The notes under the pieces: generated by a model | What the model was told of the DNA's origin: nothing | Databases searched by the model: none | The model's input: the letters and a program-made list of their open reading frames with translations, nothing else | Position numbers and translations under genes: made by a program | Part shown: positions 40,189 through 54,050 of the stretch, in pieces | How positions within the stretch are numbered: position 1 is the stretch's first letter | How the letters are laid out: each line of letters opens with the position of its first letter | Assembly (NCBI GenBank): GCA_000320545.1 | Contig: ADNK01000014.1 | Span: 1-64,000, forward strand | Reading direction: 5' to 3' | DNA from: Bigelowiella natans CCMP2755 | Lineage: Eukaryota > Protista > Cercozoa | DNA length: 64,000 nucleotides

Positions 40189-40651
40189 GTGATGTGTGCA
40201 TCATTTTAATGCATAATTATTTCTAGATGTACACATCTAGACATAGCTAGATAGTGCGTCCATTTCTTTGTTCTTGTAGCACAGTATTCGTATCAAAATT
40301 GCGAGGAAGAGTCGGCATTACGGCATGCAAGATAGGATATAGGAATTTAAATTTTTTTTTTGATTTCCTGATAAGTGTATTACACTATAATGCTATTTTT
40401 ATTTACAACGTATGCTGTGCGCTATCGCGCGCGCGCAATGTGAAGCTACACATGCTGCCGTAGTCCATGGGCATTCTCATGCAAATTGTGAAGATATTAA
40501 ATGCAATGCTTTTGTTTTCATGCTTGTAGTGTGTAGATGTTCATATTATTTCTACTCTAGATTTTTTTCAAGCAACTGTTAGCGTCATGCTTCAGCTAGG
40601 GCCAATGGTTATCTTAGTTATATCAACCATTTAATATTAGCTTGTGTATGT

Positions 40652-41653
40652 CTAATCAAAATCGAAAATGTGAATGACAACCCTGACTGAATATACCAGG
40701 GTGCTGAAGATGAAGAATACTCTTAGGCTACAAAATATGACTAAAAAGCTGCACAGAAGGATTCTTGCGATGGAATCGAATATCATATTATGAAATCTTC
40801 GAATTCTTTCATTGTCGATTGGATTGTATCCCCATTCAAAACGAAGGTAATCAAGTTCACGGAATTTCGCGTCTGAACGTGAAGTGATTCCATTTAATTT
40901 GTGGATTTCTAACAGCTGCATTAAAACTCTACGAGCTACAGAACACAACACATACCTTCTTCATTTACGGGGATTCGAGAAATCCCGTAGGCAAGAATGA
41001 CAAACGTGGAGAATGCCATTATCCAAACCACTTTTAGCAGCCTTATTAGGACTATCATTTCTAAGGGGTAAAGGCACCTGATTTTAGTAACAAACAATTT
41101 TTAGAAGGTTTCGTCTGTCTGAACATGTTGTCCGGTAGGAAACTCGTCGGGGTATCCACTGTTCCCGCCTAAGACTTGGATTTACCAGTTCGTGAACGCC
41201 CCTCCGAAAAGACAGAATAATCTGAATCCTAGCAATGATACAATAGCTGTGCAAGTTTGAATGAGCTTTGTGTTTCTTGAGGCACCATGACAGATCAGTA
41301 GCCGTATTCGATGGAATTTCGCAGCGATCCGTTGGCATGGACGAACTTTTCCGCACCTCTGCTCGGGCATTCCAAATCGGCTCACGGGCAACATTGCTCG
41401 TGATCGATCGATTTGGGCATCTCCATGGGCTGTGTTCGTGTCGTTTTCTTTCGGGTGCACCATGCGATTTGTACGATTTCTTCTGTTTCGCTGGGTTGCC
41501 GCAAGAGGGCAGCAGAGAGTGCTCTTGAACAATGATGACATATTTAGCAGGATCAGCAGTCTCTGGAGAGTCTCTCCAGCAAAGCGACGATGACGTAAGA
41601 ACATAAACAGCCTGAAATTTATCTTTACGACAATGCAGAAAAGGCAAATGCAT
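40652..41653 (-). CDS. Possible hypothetical protein
   Basis: Non-repetitive minus-strand ORFs 41084-41653 and 40652-40951 lie between a convergent 3' flank and the MFSD5 promoter. No recognised motif. Confidence 0.25.
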
Positions 41654-42328
41654 GTTATTTAACGTGGTCTCCAGTAAAAAATCAAGAGCGACATCTCCAA
41701 CTGGTTGTCGCCGGTAACAGAGGTATCCAAATTACTGCCACGTGGTTGCCAGCTTGGGGTGCGAGACAATGATTTACACAATCGAGGAGGCGTAAACAAT
41801 TGTGCTTTTCAACCAAGTCAGAATCCACGTAAATATAAGATGTTTTCGGGGTAAAAAAAGGACACTTTGAAGAACAAGAGAACAGACCGAGCGAAGAGAA
41901 CGACGAGACGATGCTCGGTGATGCCCCCCTCCTCCGAACTTCTTTCCCGGGCAGCGAACACTGCTTCGATCAGCCCATGATTCACTTCTTGTTGGCCCCC
42001 TTCCTACATTTCTGTTTATCCTCTCCTCTCCCACCACTTTACTTTCGATATTACACGGCTAGACTATGTATGTTGGGGGGAAGGGTTCGTGTTGCAATGA
42101 TCAGTGGTAACATCACTGCGAGCGCACATGCATTTTTGTTCTGGACTCTTGCGAAGCCTAGAACACAAGTTTATTCAATTGCAAGAAAGTTGGTCTAAAT
42201 CTTGTGACATGTTGCCAAGATGTGCATCGTCCATGTCGTGTAATGCTCCGTCGTCATCGTCATCGTCATCGTCGTAGTTTGCGTTGCCTAAACTGCCTTC
42301 TCTTGTTCATCCCCACCCCTGTGTTAGG

Positions 42329-42478
42329 AGCCTATGACTTCTACTACATCCTATGGTTTGGAGTGGTGGCAGGAGTGGTGTACTATGTGCGAAAGCAAGC
42401 TAAAGCCACTCAGGACCAGACGCTCGTTACCGAGGACTTCAAACGATTCCAACGGTAATGATGATTGTCCTTCTGCTT

Positions 42479-42519
<41 letters not shown>

Positions 42520-43133
42520 AGTCACTTCATAGGAAGCTAGTAATATGGAATACTTATGCGCTCTACTGTTATGCTATGAGTGAAAGAAAAGAGAATCCAC
42601 GTTTGTGCGCATGGTGAGCTCATTTGCTGTGGAGCGCGACAGCATTCCTTTCGAATGGCGTCCTCAAATCGTCATCTTTCATGGCCAAGTTGAAGATTAT
42701 GAAATCAACAACGAATTCTTTTCCTCAACGCGACAAAATTCACTCATGTATTGGTTTCTACCCCGAATCTCATTGGATACGGTTTCGTCCTCGTGATATG
42801 TTGCATTAATCAATGCTTGCACCAAATGACTGTCATTTCTATTTGTCAATATCTCGCAGGTCTTATGTAGTTATATTCCTACTTCTAACCGCCGCGGATT
42901 GGATGCAAGGGCCATACCTGTATGCGCTCTATGACTCATACGGGCACAGTAAACACATCATCGGGTAGGTGGATGATGATTATCTATGATGATGAATACG
43001 ATGGTGATGATTACATACCTTACCATGTTGTCTTCACTATTACGCTTCTTTAATTAGGCGCCTGTTCATCCTTGGCTTTGGAAGCGCTGCTGTTTGCTGT
43101 GATACAAAAATATATACCAACAAAGAATACAGT

Positions 43134-43164
<31 letters not shown>

Positions 43165-44023
43165 CATACACACACTCACACACATACACACACTCGCACA
43201 CATCTATGTACTTGCCAAGCTGTGGGTGTAAAAACGTTCATTGTTGGTATTTGGATGTGCCACTACGTGCAGCTACGTTTGTGGGTTCGCTTGCCGATAA
43301 GTATGGGCGTAAGAAGCTTTGTCAGGTCTTAATTGTCATACCCCCCCCCCCCCCCTCTCCCGGGGAAATATTGTCATTCCTCTGTTTTCTCTTTTGGCGT
43401 ACATATCTCATACATGTTGAAAGGTGCATTGTGCGCTGCTGATCATGTCGCTCCTGACGAAGCACTCGTCTAGCTTCTTCATCCTCGGTCTGGGGCGCGT
43501 CCTTGGCGGTATGTGCTAGACAGCGACGAATGATGATCAGCATACCATCATACGGTTGTCTTCTTAAACAGGGGCATCGGCGTCGATCTTGGTTTCATCG
43601 TTTGAGTCGTGGATGGTTCACCAGCACCTGTTTCTCAGGTTCTCGGATCATGATTGATTGCTAGCTAGTTCTTGCTGCTGCTGCTGCTGCTGCTTTACTC
43701 GTGCTACTCCTGCTAGTGATTGATGATGATGACGATGACGATGACGATGACGATGATGATGATGATGATGATGATGACGACGACGATGATGCCTCTGAAT
43801 TTTACTGCTCTTTTGCATCGGCGTCTACATGGAAAAACAGCTATCCAGATCACTGGATGAGAGGAACCTTTGAAGTTGTGGCTTCAGGCAAGAACAGAGA
43901 AGAAAAAACGGCGAGAGAAAAAAAAGACCATGCAAGAACTCTACCGATGACATATTTCATTACATGCATACGTACATACATACACAGTGAGGGGGGGGAG
44001 GGGAGAAGGAAGAGAGGGAGAGG

Positions 44024-44076
<53 letters not shown>

Positions 44077-44205
44077 ACGGGGTTTGCTTGTGTCTACTTC
44101 TCAGTATATTCGCGCGCGCGTGCGTGTGTGTGTATGAGAGAGAGGGAGAGGGAGAGAGAAAGCATAATATGAAAAGTTGAAAGGCAACCCCATCGTCGTT
44201 ATCAT

Positions 44206-44247
<42 letters not shown>

Positions 44248-44451
44248 ATATATATAAAAGGCACGGGCGTGGTAGCAATGGTCAGCGGTCTTGTCGCAAC
44301 GTACGTGTGTAACATTATTTGCAATATAATATCCTTGTGTGGGGGGGGGGGTTGAGAGCCCACGCGTTTTAAGTTATCGCCCCTTTTCTTCACCATCTCC
44401 TCCTCTCCTCCTTTACTTCTCTACTACAACAATCGTGTTGGTTGGTTGGTT

Positions 44452-44489
<38 letters not shown>

Positions 44490-46684
44490 GTTTATCTTCT
44501 CCCATTTTGGGCACGTGGCACCTTTCGACCTGGCAATAGTAATGATGAGACAGTCGTCTTTTTACCTACTTCCCATCGAAGACAACTCGAATTCGCATAC
44601 GATTTCCTCCTCCCTCCTCCCCCTCCCCCTCCCCTCCTCTTTCTCTCCCTTTTCCTTGCCGTCTCCTCTTAAAAACTTCTCGTACTAATACTCAACGCAT
44701 TTCCTTGTCTACGGCTACTATTACCATTCTTGTTCTACCCGCTTCTTCGTAGGTGTTGGCGGCATTGGGCCTGATGCTTCTCACACGCGCGTGGCCCGAA
44801 AACTACGGAGATAGCGATATTTCCGTGCTGCAGACTCTCGAAAATTCATATGAGTCGATAAAAGGAGGTTGGTACCTACATAGGCTGACCGCTTAGTTGT
44901 AGTTGTCGTTAATCATTGATTGATTGCCTCCATTTCATGGCCGCATCGGAGATCAAACCGAATTCCTCCTCTTCCTCCTCGTCCTCCTCTTCCTTCTCCT
45001 CCCCCTTCTTCTTCTTCTTCTTCTTCTTCTTCTTCTTCTTTCTTCCTCTTTAGATCCCGTGATCATGCTGCTGGGCTTGTCGCAGGCGCTGTTTGAAGGT
45101 GCTGCTCGATGCTTTCTTTCATAATTCCAGAAAATCCGCTTTGATTGCATTGTGGATTTTAGTTATTCGATTCTCCGTCGCTGAACATCGTGTCTCGTGT
45201 TGCTATCATCTTTTATTTGTCCTGCTATTTGTTACTGCTCGTTGTTCATTCATTCATGCATAATCTGTGCACACCATCAGCTGGGATGTACATATTCGTG
45301 GTTATGTGGACTCCTACCCTAGATGAGACATCGACAACCCCGGTAATGACGACCAAAGCATCATGATCATCATGATCATCATCGATTTGTTTGGTTGGCA
45401 TGATCTCCACTATTCCTCTCATCATTCATTGTCCTCCTCCTCCTCCTCCTCCTCCTCCTCCTCCTCCTCCTCCTAAGGTATCCCACGGATGGGTCTTCTC
45501 CTCGTTCATGGTCAGTATGTGTATTTAATATTGGCGGGTAGTACGACGATTGTGTGTGTGTGTGTGTGTGTGTATTATGTCGTCTCGTTCACCATTTGGA
45601 TTTCTTCCTCTGCAGCTTTGTATCATTCTCGGCGGGACGCTGTACAAGCAATACCTAGCATTTGGAGGTAAAAATAAACTAATAACTTCGATACTCATCA
45701 CCATCACCATCATCATCATCAATATATACCGAAATCATCCTTAACAATATCTTGTCATCGTCAACCGGGCCGTCATTTGTGCTGTGTGGGCTGCTGCTGC
45801 AGGAACTGTGGAGAAGCTGATGCTGTTTGCTTGCGCCGTCGGTTCCATAGCACTCGCTATCCCGTGCGTGGTTGGTCTTTTCTTTTTTTTGTTCCGCTGA
45901 ACAACACTGCACTACTTTACTGCCCCCCCCCCCCCCCCTCAAACTACCCAATAATACCTCTTTCTTTCCCTCCATGACGACAACGAAGAACGCAGTATAT
46001 GAATAGAATCTTTGGTCTCTTCCCCCCCTCCTCCTCTTGTCTTTCTTCTGCTTGCAGGTCCAGGAGCATACCTTACAGCTAGTAAGCTTCCTCGTGTTTG
46101 AGACGTGTGTGGGCGTGTTCTGGCCGTCGGCGTCCTCCCTAAGAAGCATGTACTTTCCGGAGGAAACACGTGCATCAGTCATGGTAGTAGAGTCGTTGGC
46201 GTCCACACCTCTATTAATGTAACATATATCATGATGGCGACGAAGATACGGCAGCTGGCGATTAGCAGTGTCTTTGTTGCTACCGGTGTTATCATCACGA
46301 CCGTCGTTTTTCTTATCGTTGATCGTTGTCGGCATGGTCCATCAGGCAACCCTCCGTGTACCACAGAATGTGCTGATAATACTCGTCCTCGCAGTGGTAC
46401 GTGCGAACGTGCTACCTTTTGCTGTTACGACGCGTGAAATTGTCGGTCGAGAGTATGAGTCAAAGTAGCAGCAGTAGTAGTGATAGGAGGAGGGGGAGGC
46501 AGAGGAGATATAATCATATCTATATGTTATGTGAAATATGCCAGCACACGATTGTATTTTTTTGTAATAATTTGTGTTTGTTGCGGTGTCTAGATGGGGC
46601 AGGTCTCGCACAGTTTCATATTCGGTAAGGGATCCATCATGGACGATAACACAACAACCCATCCACATATCCGCCGTCATCATT

Positions 46685-46721
<37 letters not shown>

Positions 46722-47190
46722 CCTTGCTCGAATGGACATTGCAGGAGTGAGCTTCTTATTCCTAGCATCGGCGACAGCTGCCCAATGGTAGCAACAGTAG
46801 CGTACATATAATACTGACTACGACGAAACCGCGACGTCAATTCTTTTGTTACTTTGCAATGGAAGAAACACCGAAGAAGAAGAAGAAAAAGAAGAAGAAG
46901 AAGAAGAAGGAGAAGGAGTAGGCACTGCTGCTGCAAAGAGAAAAATGATACAACCCCTGCAATTATGAGGCCGCTCGATGATGTAGCGAATATGAGAAGA
47001 CAACAACCATTTAACTACGTGTATAGGTACTTCATAAAGATCACTTCGGGCGAAACCGACGTCATCGGTGAGCCAATTGTACTTCTTGCTACTGCCCCTT
47101 CTCCTTCTCCTTCTTCTTCTTCTTCTTCTTCTTCTTCTTTTTCTTGTTGCTGGAATCTCTTACTTCCCCTTCCCTCCCTCCCCGCCGTTT

Positions 47191-47269
<79 letters not shown>

Positions 47270-47619
47270 TGATTATCATCACCTGCGTCTATATATCATC
47301 ATCCTTCACAGAGGAGCTAGGCATGGTGGACGAGAATCTTTCAAACGTGGGTCTCCCGATCCCGCTCTCCAACGAAGAAGCCGCCGCTGCCGCCGCATCA
47401 CCACAAACGTCCGGAGTCAATTCTCACGAAGTTGAAATGATCAGCGCTGATAGCGCTGATGCTCCTAGTTCTAATAGCAGCAGCAGCAAGAAGTATAGGA
47501 GAAATATAGGCGGTGGCAATAGCAATAGCCTCAAACTCACTGAGATAGTGACTGAGAAGGAGGAGGCAGAGGAGGGCAAAACGGCTGATGCCAAACGAGG
47601 GACAAGCGGGTATTCGTAG
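42329..47619 (+). CDS. MFSD5: Molybdate-anion transporter MFSD5/MOT2 (MFS; DUF791), multi-exon; first exon not located
   Basis: Spliced: FKRFQR|SYVVIFLLLTAADWMQGPYLYALYDSYG, FVGSLADKYGRKK, GRVLGG...SSFESWMVHQH, GHVAPFDLAI, WPENYGD, LLGLSQALFE, MYIFVVMWTPTL, FLVFETCVGVFWPSASSLRSMYFPEETRASVM, YRVPQNVLI. Confidence 0.92.
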
Positions 47620-48434
47620 TAGCTAGGAGGAGGAGACGTATGCACGGGGAGACAGAGGGGGGGGGGGGGGGCATGGTATAGCAATACAGATCATGATCAT
47701 GATCGTCATATGGGTTTTTAACTTTAAGTGGTGTATCGTATATTGCGAGTGTAGGCTATAAAAGAAGATGCTGGTTTTGGGGGGGGGGTTGAGTGAGTTA
47801 TGTAGCGTTTGATCTATGACATTAGATGCTGAACTGTATTTTTCGTTCTCTTTATCTCCGCTCTCCCTCCTCCCCCCCCGCCCCCCCTCACGTGGTATGT
47901 CTTGTTCCAACAACGTATCATTGCTGCTGCCGGTCTCCTCCGTAGGAACTATGCTATGATGTAGGCTGAGCGCTTTCGATAACAGCAGTTCAGCAGTTGT
48001 AGATGCTTGCTTGCTCTCTAGTGGCCAAAGCCTTGACACATGAGGATATGTAGTCAGAATATGCAAAGCAAAGAGACGTTAATCGCCTGATTGTTCGTCT
48101 TAGGGGCGCAGTTAGACGATTTCGTGCTGACGTTTCCTTTATAGCGTGGATCCTTCCTGTAGTTGTCCAGATTATTTGATAGCCAACAAAATACGGATTC
48201 TTTGCTGAGTTTATCCGGTTCCAACCATTATACATTATTATTATGATTGTTATTATTGTTATTATTCATTGTTACGAGTTGTATCGCGTACAGTGGCGAC
48301 GCATGTATTTATGGTCGCGACGTTGTGAGGCGGCACGATGTGGTGCAGCTGTCGTCGTCGATCAGGTGCGTGTGCGCTAATAATGCAGGAACGCATGTAG
48401 AAAATATAGCACTTGGCTGCAAGGATCGCTGTTT

Positions 48435-48489
<55 letters not shown>

Positions 48490-48776
48490 TGCGTAACTTT
48501 AGTCAGCTGCATGTGCGCGCAGTTTCAAAGGGCATATATACTGACAATTAGCTTGCGGCGCCAAAACACGTCATGTGGCGATGGCTATGCGCAAACATTG
48601 GCATTCATGACTTGCCGCAACGCCAACTTATAGGCAAATTGACGACAAATTTGCGATCGATACATTTATGCATACGTGATGCAAATGAATATGGCATATC
48701 AAATGTACACGTCGTGGCTCCCGGAGCAGTCAAAGTCCGGACGCTGTCATGTGCCACAGCGACTGCAGCTCTTTCG

Positions 48777-49387
48777 TCATGCTGCCGGAGGGCGGATATG
48801 ATCGACTGTTTGCCGACGCAATAGCTTGATGATGCCAGAAGCGGTGTTGTTGCCCTTACCACGACCACATATCCGTGCCCATTGGATAGGTGTATGGCTA
48901 CGCCAACCGAAGCTTCCTTCAATATTGACGTCGGCCTTCGACTCCAGCAGTATCTTAACCAGTGATTCGTGATTCCAATACACAGCATGGACTAGGGGGG
49001 GAGATTGTAAGCCCCGAGATATATTCACATTTGCGCGCCCCGTCTTGATGAGTGCCTGGGCCACAGCCGCATGGCCTCTCTGCACTGCATGTGTCAAGGG
49101 TGTCGCCTCCTCAAGATCCGCCACATCCACATATGCCTTTTCTCGGAGGAGAAGGCTCACAATGCCCACGTGGCCGGCCATCGACGCCAGGGTGAGCGCA
49201 GTCTGCCCGTAGCTGTTGAAGAGATGCACGTCCGCCTTTCGTGATATCAAGAAGGCTGCCGTCTGGCTGTGACCGTACATCGCTGCTAGCATCAAAACTG
49301 AGGTAGAGGGTGGACAATAGGTAGAACACGATGAATAAGCAATAACGAGGATTGAACGTGATATCCGCTCACGCCGCCCGCGCGCAT

Positions 49388-49423
<36 letters not shown>

Positions 49424-51286
49424 TAAGATGAAATAGAATTTGAACACCGAACCCCCCTACACTCTTCTCCTCGCCGCCAAACGCACTCTACAGATACAAA
49501 TCATTTCTTCCTCGTCGCTCCACCCGTCGTTCGAAGCGGTACTACTGCGAATGGCTGCTACGGCAAGGGAGGGCAACCTACTACCTGTGTTGCCACGCCT
49601 GGCGCTAGTAGTCCCTCTTATATCACTTCTGCTCTTATCATCGAATGGTTGATAATTTATCACGCAACACTGCTCTGGTTTCCCTTTAATACCATCAAGA
49701 GCTGTCTTCAATTCCTGTAGTCTCGCCGTCCTAGCAGCGTCACGAAACGCTTTTAGCACCCGCCCCTTCCCCCCCTCCTCCAGCATTCGCATTATCGAAG
49801 CAGAAGCGGGAAGATTGTGGTGTTGGCCGAGTTGATCGTGGCGGGTGCGGAGAGCCATGACGACGTCCTTTAGTTCTGCTGACGCCGTCGAGTCACGATT
49901 CGAAGCTATATCCTGTGCACAACTATGGTCGCGACCACGATATGCCACCTTCGCTTTGGCCGACCGTATCAAGTAGAGGCTTGACTCATAAGACATCATA
50001 GCAATAGAGATGATCAACGCGGTGTCACCGATGCAGTTGCGGGCATTGACATCTGCTCCTCCATTTTCAACGAGGAGCCTTGCTATCTCCGAGGAAGCTC
50101 GAGGCCTCTCTACGGCCAGCATGAGAGCCGTCATCTTGTGTCCAGAGGTCCTCAAGTTCGCATTCGCCTTTCTCTCGATCAAAACACCTACGATCTCCGC
50201 ATTACCATTGGCAGCTGCAACCATCAATGCTGATCTCGACGCTTTGCCGGTTTGGTTCACGTCGACCTTGTAGTCATCGAGAAGCGCTACGACAACGTCT
50301 TTGTGACCGTTGATGATGGCATGATGGAGAGGGGGTACCCCATGTTTATCGGGCGTTCTAAGCATAATTAGCGATGCTGACGATGTTGATGCTGGTGAGT
50401 GACTAGCGCTTGTACTACTACTTTTGTAGTGCGTGGCTACAAAACTTCGGAGTTCACTGAGTTGCCCTTTTTTGCAAAATTGATAGACATTTTGGACATG
50501 GCTGCCTATCTCTTTTCCCTTCTCCGATTTACCCTTCTTCTCCCCATCATTACCATCCTTAATCTTCTTCTTCAGCATCTCTATAATATCCTGAGGATGG
50601 TCCCGCCGTACATATCTGAATGCTGTGAAATTGTACTCTTTCGACTTGTAGAAAGCATCAGCTTTTGCTTCTTGCACAAGATGCCTCACTATGCTGAAGT
50701 GACCAAAACATGTGGCGAGGATAAGGGCCGTATCGCCCGAGCAGCCCTCCCTATTAAGGTATGATTGAAGCTTTTCAGCGTCCATACGCGCAACACCTGC
50801 GGCAGTTAGGGTCTTCACAACATGTAAGTGCCCAGCTCCACAAGCAAACATGAGCGCTGACCAGCCCTCCGTGCTTGTTGCATCCAGGCTGGCCTTTGAT
50901 TCAATGAGGAAGTTCACAGTCTCTTGTTGTCCTTCACTTGCAGCTACCATGAGAGATGTGAGACCTAGGCCTTCATTCCTGGAATCAATGTCGACACGAG
51001 ATGATATTAGAGTTCGTAGAAGTTGGACATTCCCAACCGCCGCTCCCTCCATCCATTGAGTGGGGGCTGCGTATGGAAGCTTATTTTGACACTGATGCAC
51101 CCCCTCCTGAGAAATATCTATGGTTGTGCTGTAGACATCGTCCAAGTATGCGTACATATCAAGCTTTTCAATTGGGGCGAGGCCCGTGGCAATGGCCAGT
51201 TTATAGGGATTGCTCATCTGCACACCATTCTCCACATCATCGTCATCAAGCTCTTCGTGCTCGCTGTCTTTACTTGTCAGGCTCAT
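48777..51286 (-). CDS. Ankyrin-repeat protein (two exons: 51286-~49585 and ~49297-48777)
   Basis: Repeated G.T.LM.AA..G...V..LL...A.VN motifs. The splice ACAG|gtagtagg...cctcag|TTTTG rebuilds the consensus RRGNTVLMLAAMYGH. Confidence 0.9.
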
Positions 51287-51535
51287 ACGAGATCTCCCCC
51301 CTTCTCCGCTCCGTTGGACAGTCGGAAGTCGTATGTCACAGGGAAGGGGCTAATCTAAGGAGCACAAAAAGTGTTGTCGTAGCACAAAAATTACCTACGT
51401 TCTCCACACTTCTTTCTTCGACAACTCGACCCGCGCTAAAACAAGAAAATCCCATGGTATTATTTCGTAAAATCCGTAGTTTATCTTGTCGCATTATTCA
51501 AAGGCCGAAAAGCCCGAACGACGATCGCTGCGCTC
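51287..51535. promoter_or_regulatory. Probable compact bidirectional promoter region (ankyrin / RPAP2)
   Basis: About 250 bp between divergent ATGs; free of microsatellites. Confidence 0.5.
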
Positions 51536-53896
51536 ATGAACTATGGGCGCCCGGAGGGAGAAGCGGCGCGGCAGACAAAGCCCACGCCTGCCGTGAAACA
51601 TGCCATCAGGGAGAGGATGGAGCAGTACCTCATCCGAAAAAAGGTTGGTGTCTGTGAGGGTCGTGATCTTATTATTCCCAGGGTGAGCATTGGCTGCTTC
51701 GTCAATTCGAAGAAGCGGGGAATGCATGCATGTGTTCAGCCGCCACGATGTGAAATATCTCTTTTGGTACAAAGGAGACGGAAAATTACATTAAACATGG
51801 ATACGTTGTAGTTGTTAAAAAGAGTTCCCTCCTCTTCTTTCTTACCTTTCTTCCACCTCCCCACCCCCCCTCGGCAGATGAGGTCATTCCTCTTCCAAGT
51901 CAAGACTCGCTTAGCTCGCCCCGAAACTACCAAAAGCGACCTTAAAAGGTGGTGGTGGTGGTGATGATGATTATGATTGGGTGAGGGCGTGAAAATGAAA
52001 GCATATCTTTATAAGATAATACATAGACACAATACGTGTATTATTTGTGTGTGTGTGTGTGGAAATGCATGATGTGGATTATATGCCTTCGTATTTACGT
52101 GTAAAAGAACTCACATTCCCCGATTTTAAAGAATAGAAACTTCTGATGATCCTTCATGGTGTGCTGAGTATGTGTGCATGTGGTACCGCATATATGTGGG
52201 GGCCGTGGTGTAGATGCCGCCATTTGCTCCGCCCCATTCACTACGATGAGGTTCTCGAGGAGAGGCAAAGTCACCACATTTGCAGCTACCCCGGCTGTCG
52301 TAAGACCCTCCCAGAGACACAAAGCAAGTCAACTGCTAAGAAGAGTGCATTCGTGCTTCTGAAGGTCCTCGTTTCCGAACAGCTAATGGAAGAAGATCAA
52401 AGGGGAGAGGGAGGAGGAAGATGATGGAATAGGGACGAGGGAACAAAAAAATGGAGAGCCATCAATATATTGCTAGAAACTTTTTTTGTTATTTATTTGT
52501 TGCTTACACGTGCTATGGTTTCCTCCCATGACAATTTATATCTGGTTAGCCGCACGTTGTGGAGGATAGGAAGCGTGTGTCCGCAATCATCGAGAAGCTG
52601 AGATCGAGCGGTTTCTCAAGCAAGTATGCTTGATTGGTGTTTGCTACAAAAGAGGAGAATAGAGTGGGGTGGGGGGGAAGTAAGGGGAGTAAGGGGAGTG
52701 AGGGATTGAGGGAGGGTGCAGTTTGTAAGCTAATGTATGACGATACCTTTATTTCCCCTCTCCGTTGGGTTTGCCTTGAACCTTTCATTAGAATTGTGCT
52801 TCAGTCCCGCCAGATCCTTCCTCGCTCGATAGCGTCTGAATTGTGCCGCAGTAGCAGCAGTAGCAACAGCAATAGCGTGGAGCAGCTTGTGTCAGGAGAG
52901 AGCATTGCGATGCTCGTGACTTGGAAGAAGGTGAAAGCGGAGGAGATGAAGAACAACAACAAGAACAACAAGAAGACGAAGAAGAAAAGAGACGAATATG
53001 ATACTAGGTCAAAGATTAGAGATAGTCCTGATGAAAAGGAGGAAAAGAGTATGGATTATAATGACAACGACGACAAGCCTTCTGCTGGTACTACAACTAC
53101 TACCACTACGGAAGAGTCTGCCCTCGCTGCCATCAAAGAGCTGCTCCAGCTCGTAGGGCCGGAGGATCCAGAAGTCGCCAGAAATACAGCGCCGCATTCT
53201 CTAAGAGCAATCTACGGAGAGACTATAGCGAAAAACGCAATCTACTGCAGCAAGGTGTGTGTGTGTGTGTGTGTTGGGGGGAGGGGGGGGGTGGAGGTAT
53301 ACTGACAATGGTGACGACATTCACTGTTCATAATAATATTTATAATAAATGCTGATGTGTGTCGTCAGGATGTAGCACAGCGGGATCGAGATGGGAGGCT
53401 GTTTTTTGGGCAATACTTCCGTGCTGATGGCCGTGTTCTTCCAATTGGCGGGTATGATATCTAGTAACACTCTCTACCTTTATGTGCTTTCTATTGGGGG
53501 GTATAATCCATCACTACTCTCTGCTTTTACTGCGGAACATTTCCTTGTGATGATGGGATTTGGGCGTCACAGGCAGCAGCACCTCGACTCATCTAAACTT
53601 CTGAGGAGGCCTGACACCGTATATAAGGTAGTAGTAGTAGTAGCAGTAGCAGTAGTAATAGTAGAAAGAGGGAGGAGGGGGGGAGGATTAGAAGCTGCTA
53701 AGAACCAAAGAAAATGCCCTTGAAAAGCCCAAACAAACTACTGCTGTTCATGAGATGATAACAACCCCCTTTTGTCTACTAACACCAAACAGGTCGATCC
53801 TGCGAAAAACCTTTGGTTTGATGTGACGGAGGGAGAGCGCTTCTGCTGCGCCGACTGTGCCACTGACTCTGAAATCTTTAAGGTAAGAGTTTATAT

Positions 53897-53937
<41 letters not shown>

Positions 53938-54015
53938 CAACCGCTAGTTTCTCTTCGTTGATAGCAACTTAAATACAATAATGATCACAATAAGCATTTC
54001 CTGTGTATATGCATG

Positions 54016-54050
<35 letters not shown>

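Noticed and set aside
51001-51657. 218-aa plus-strand ORF
   Set aside because: It overlaps the ankyrin gene antisense and the RPAP2 start out of frame, and has no motif.
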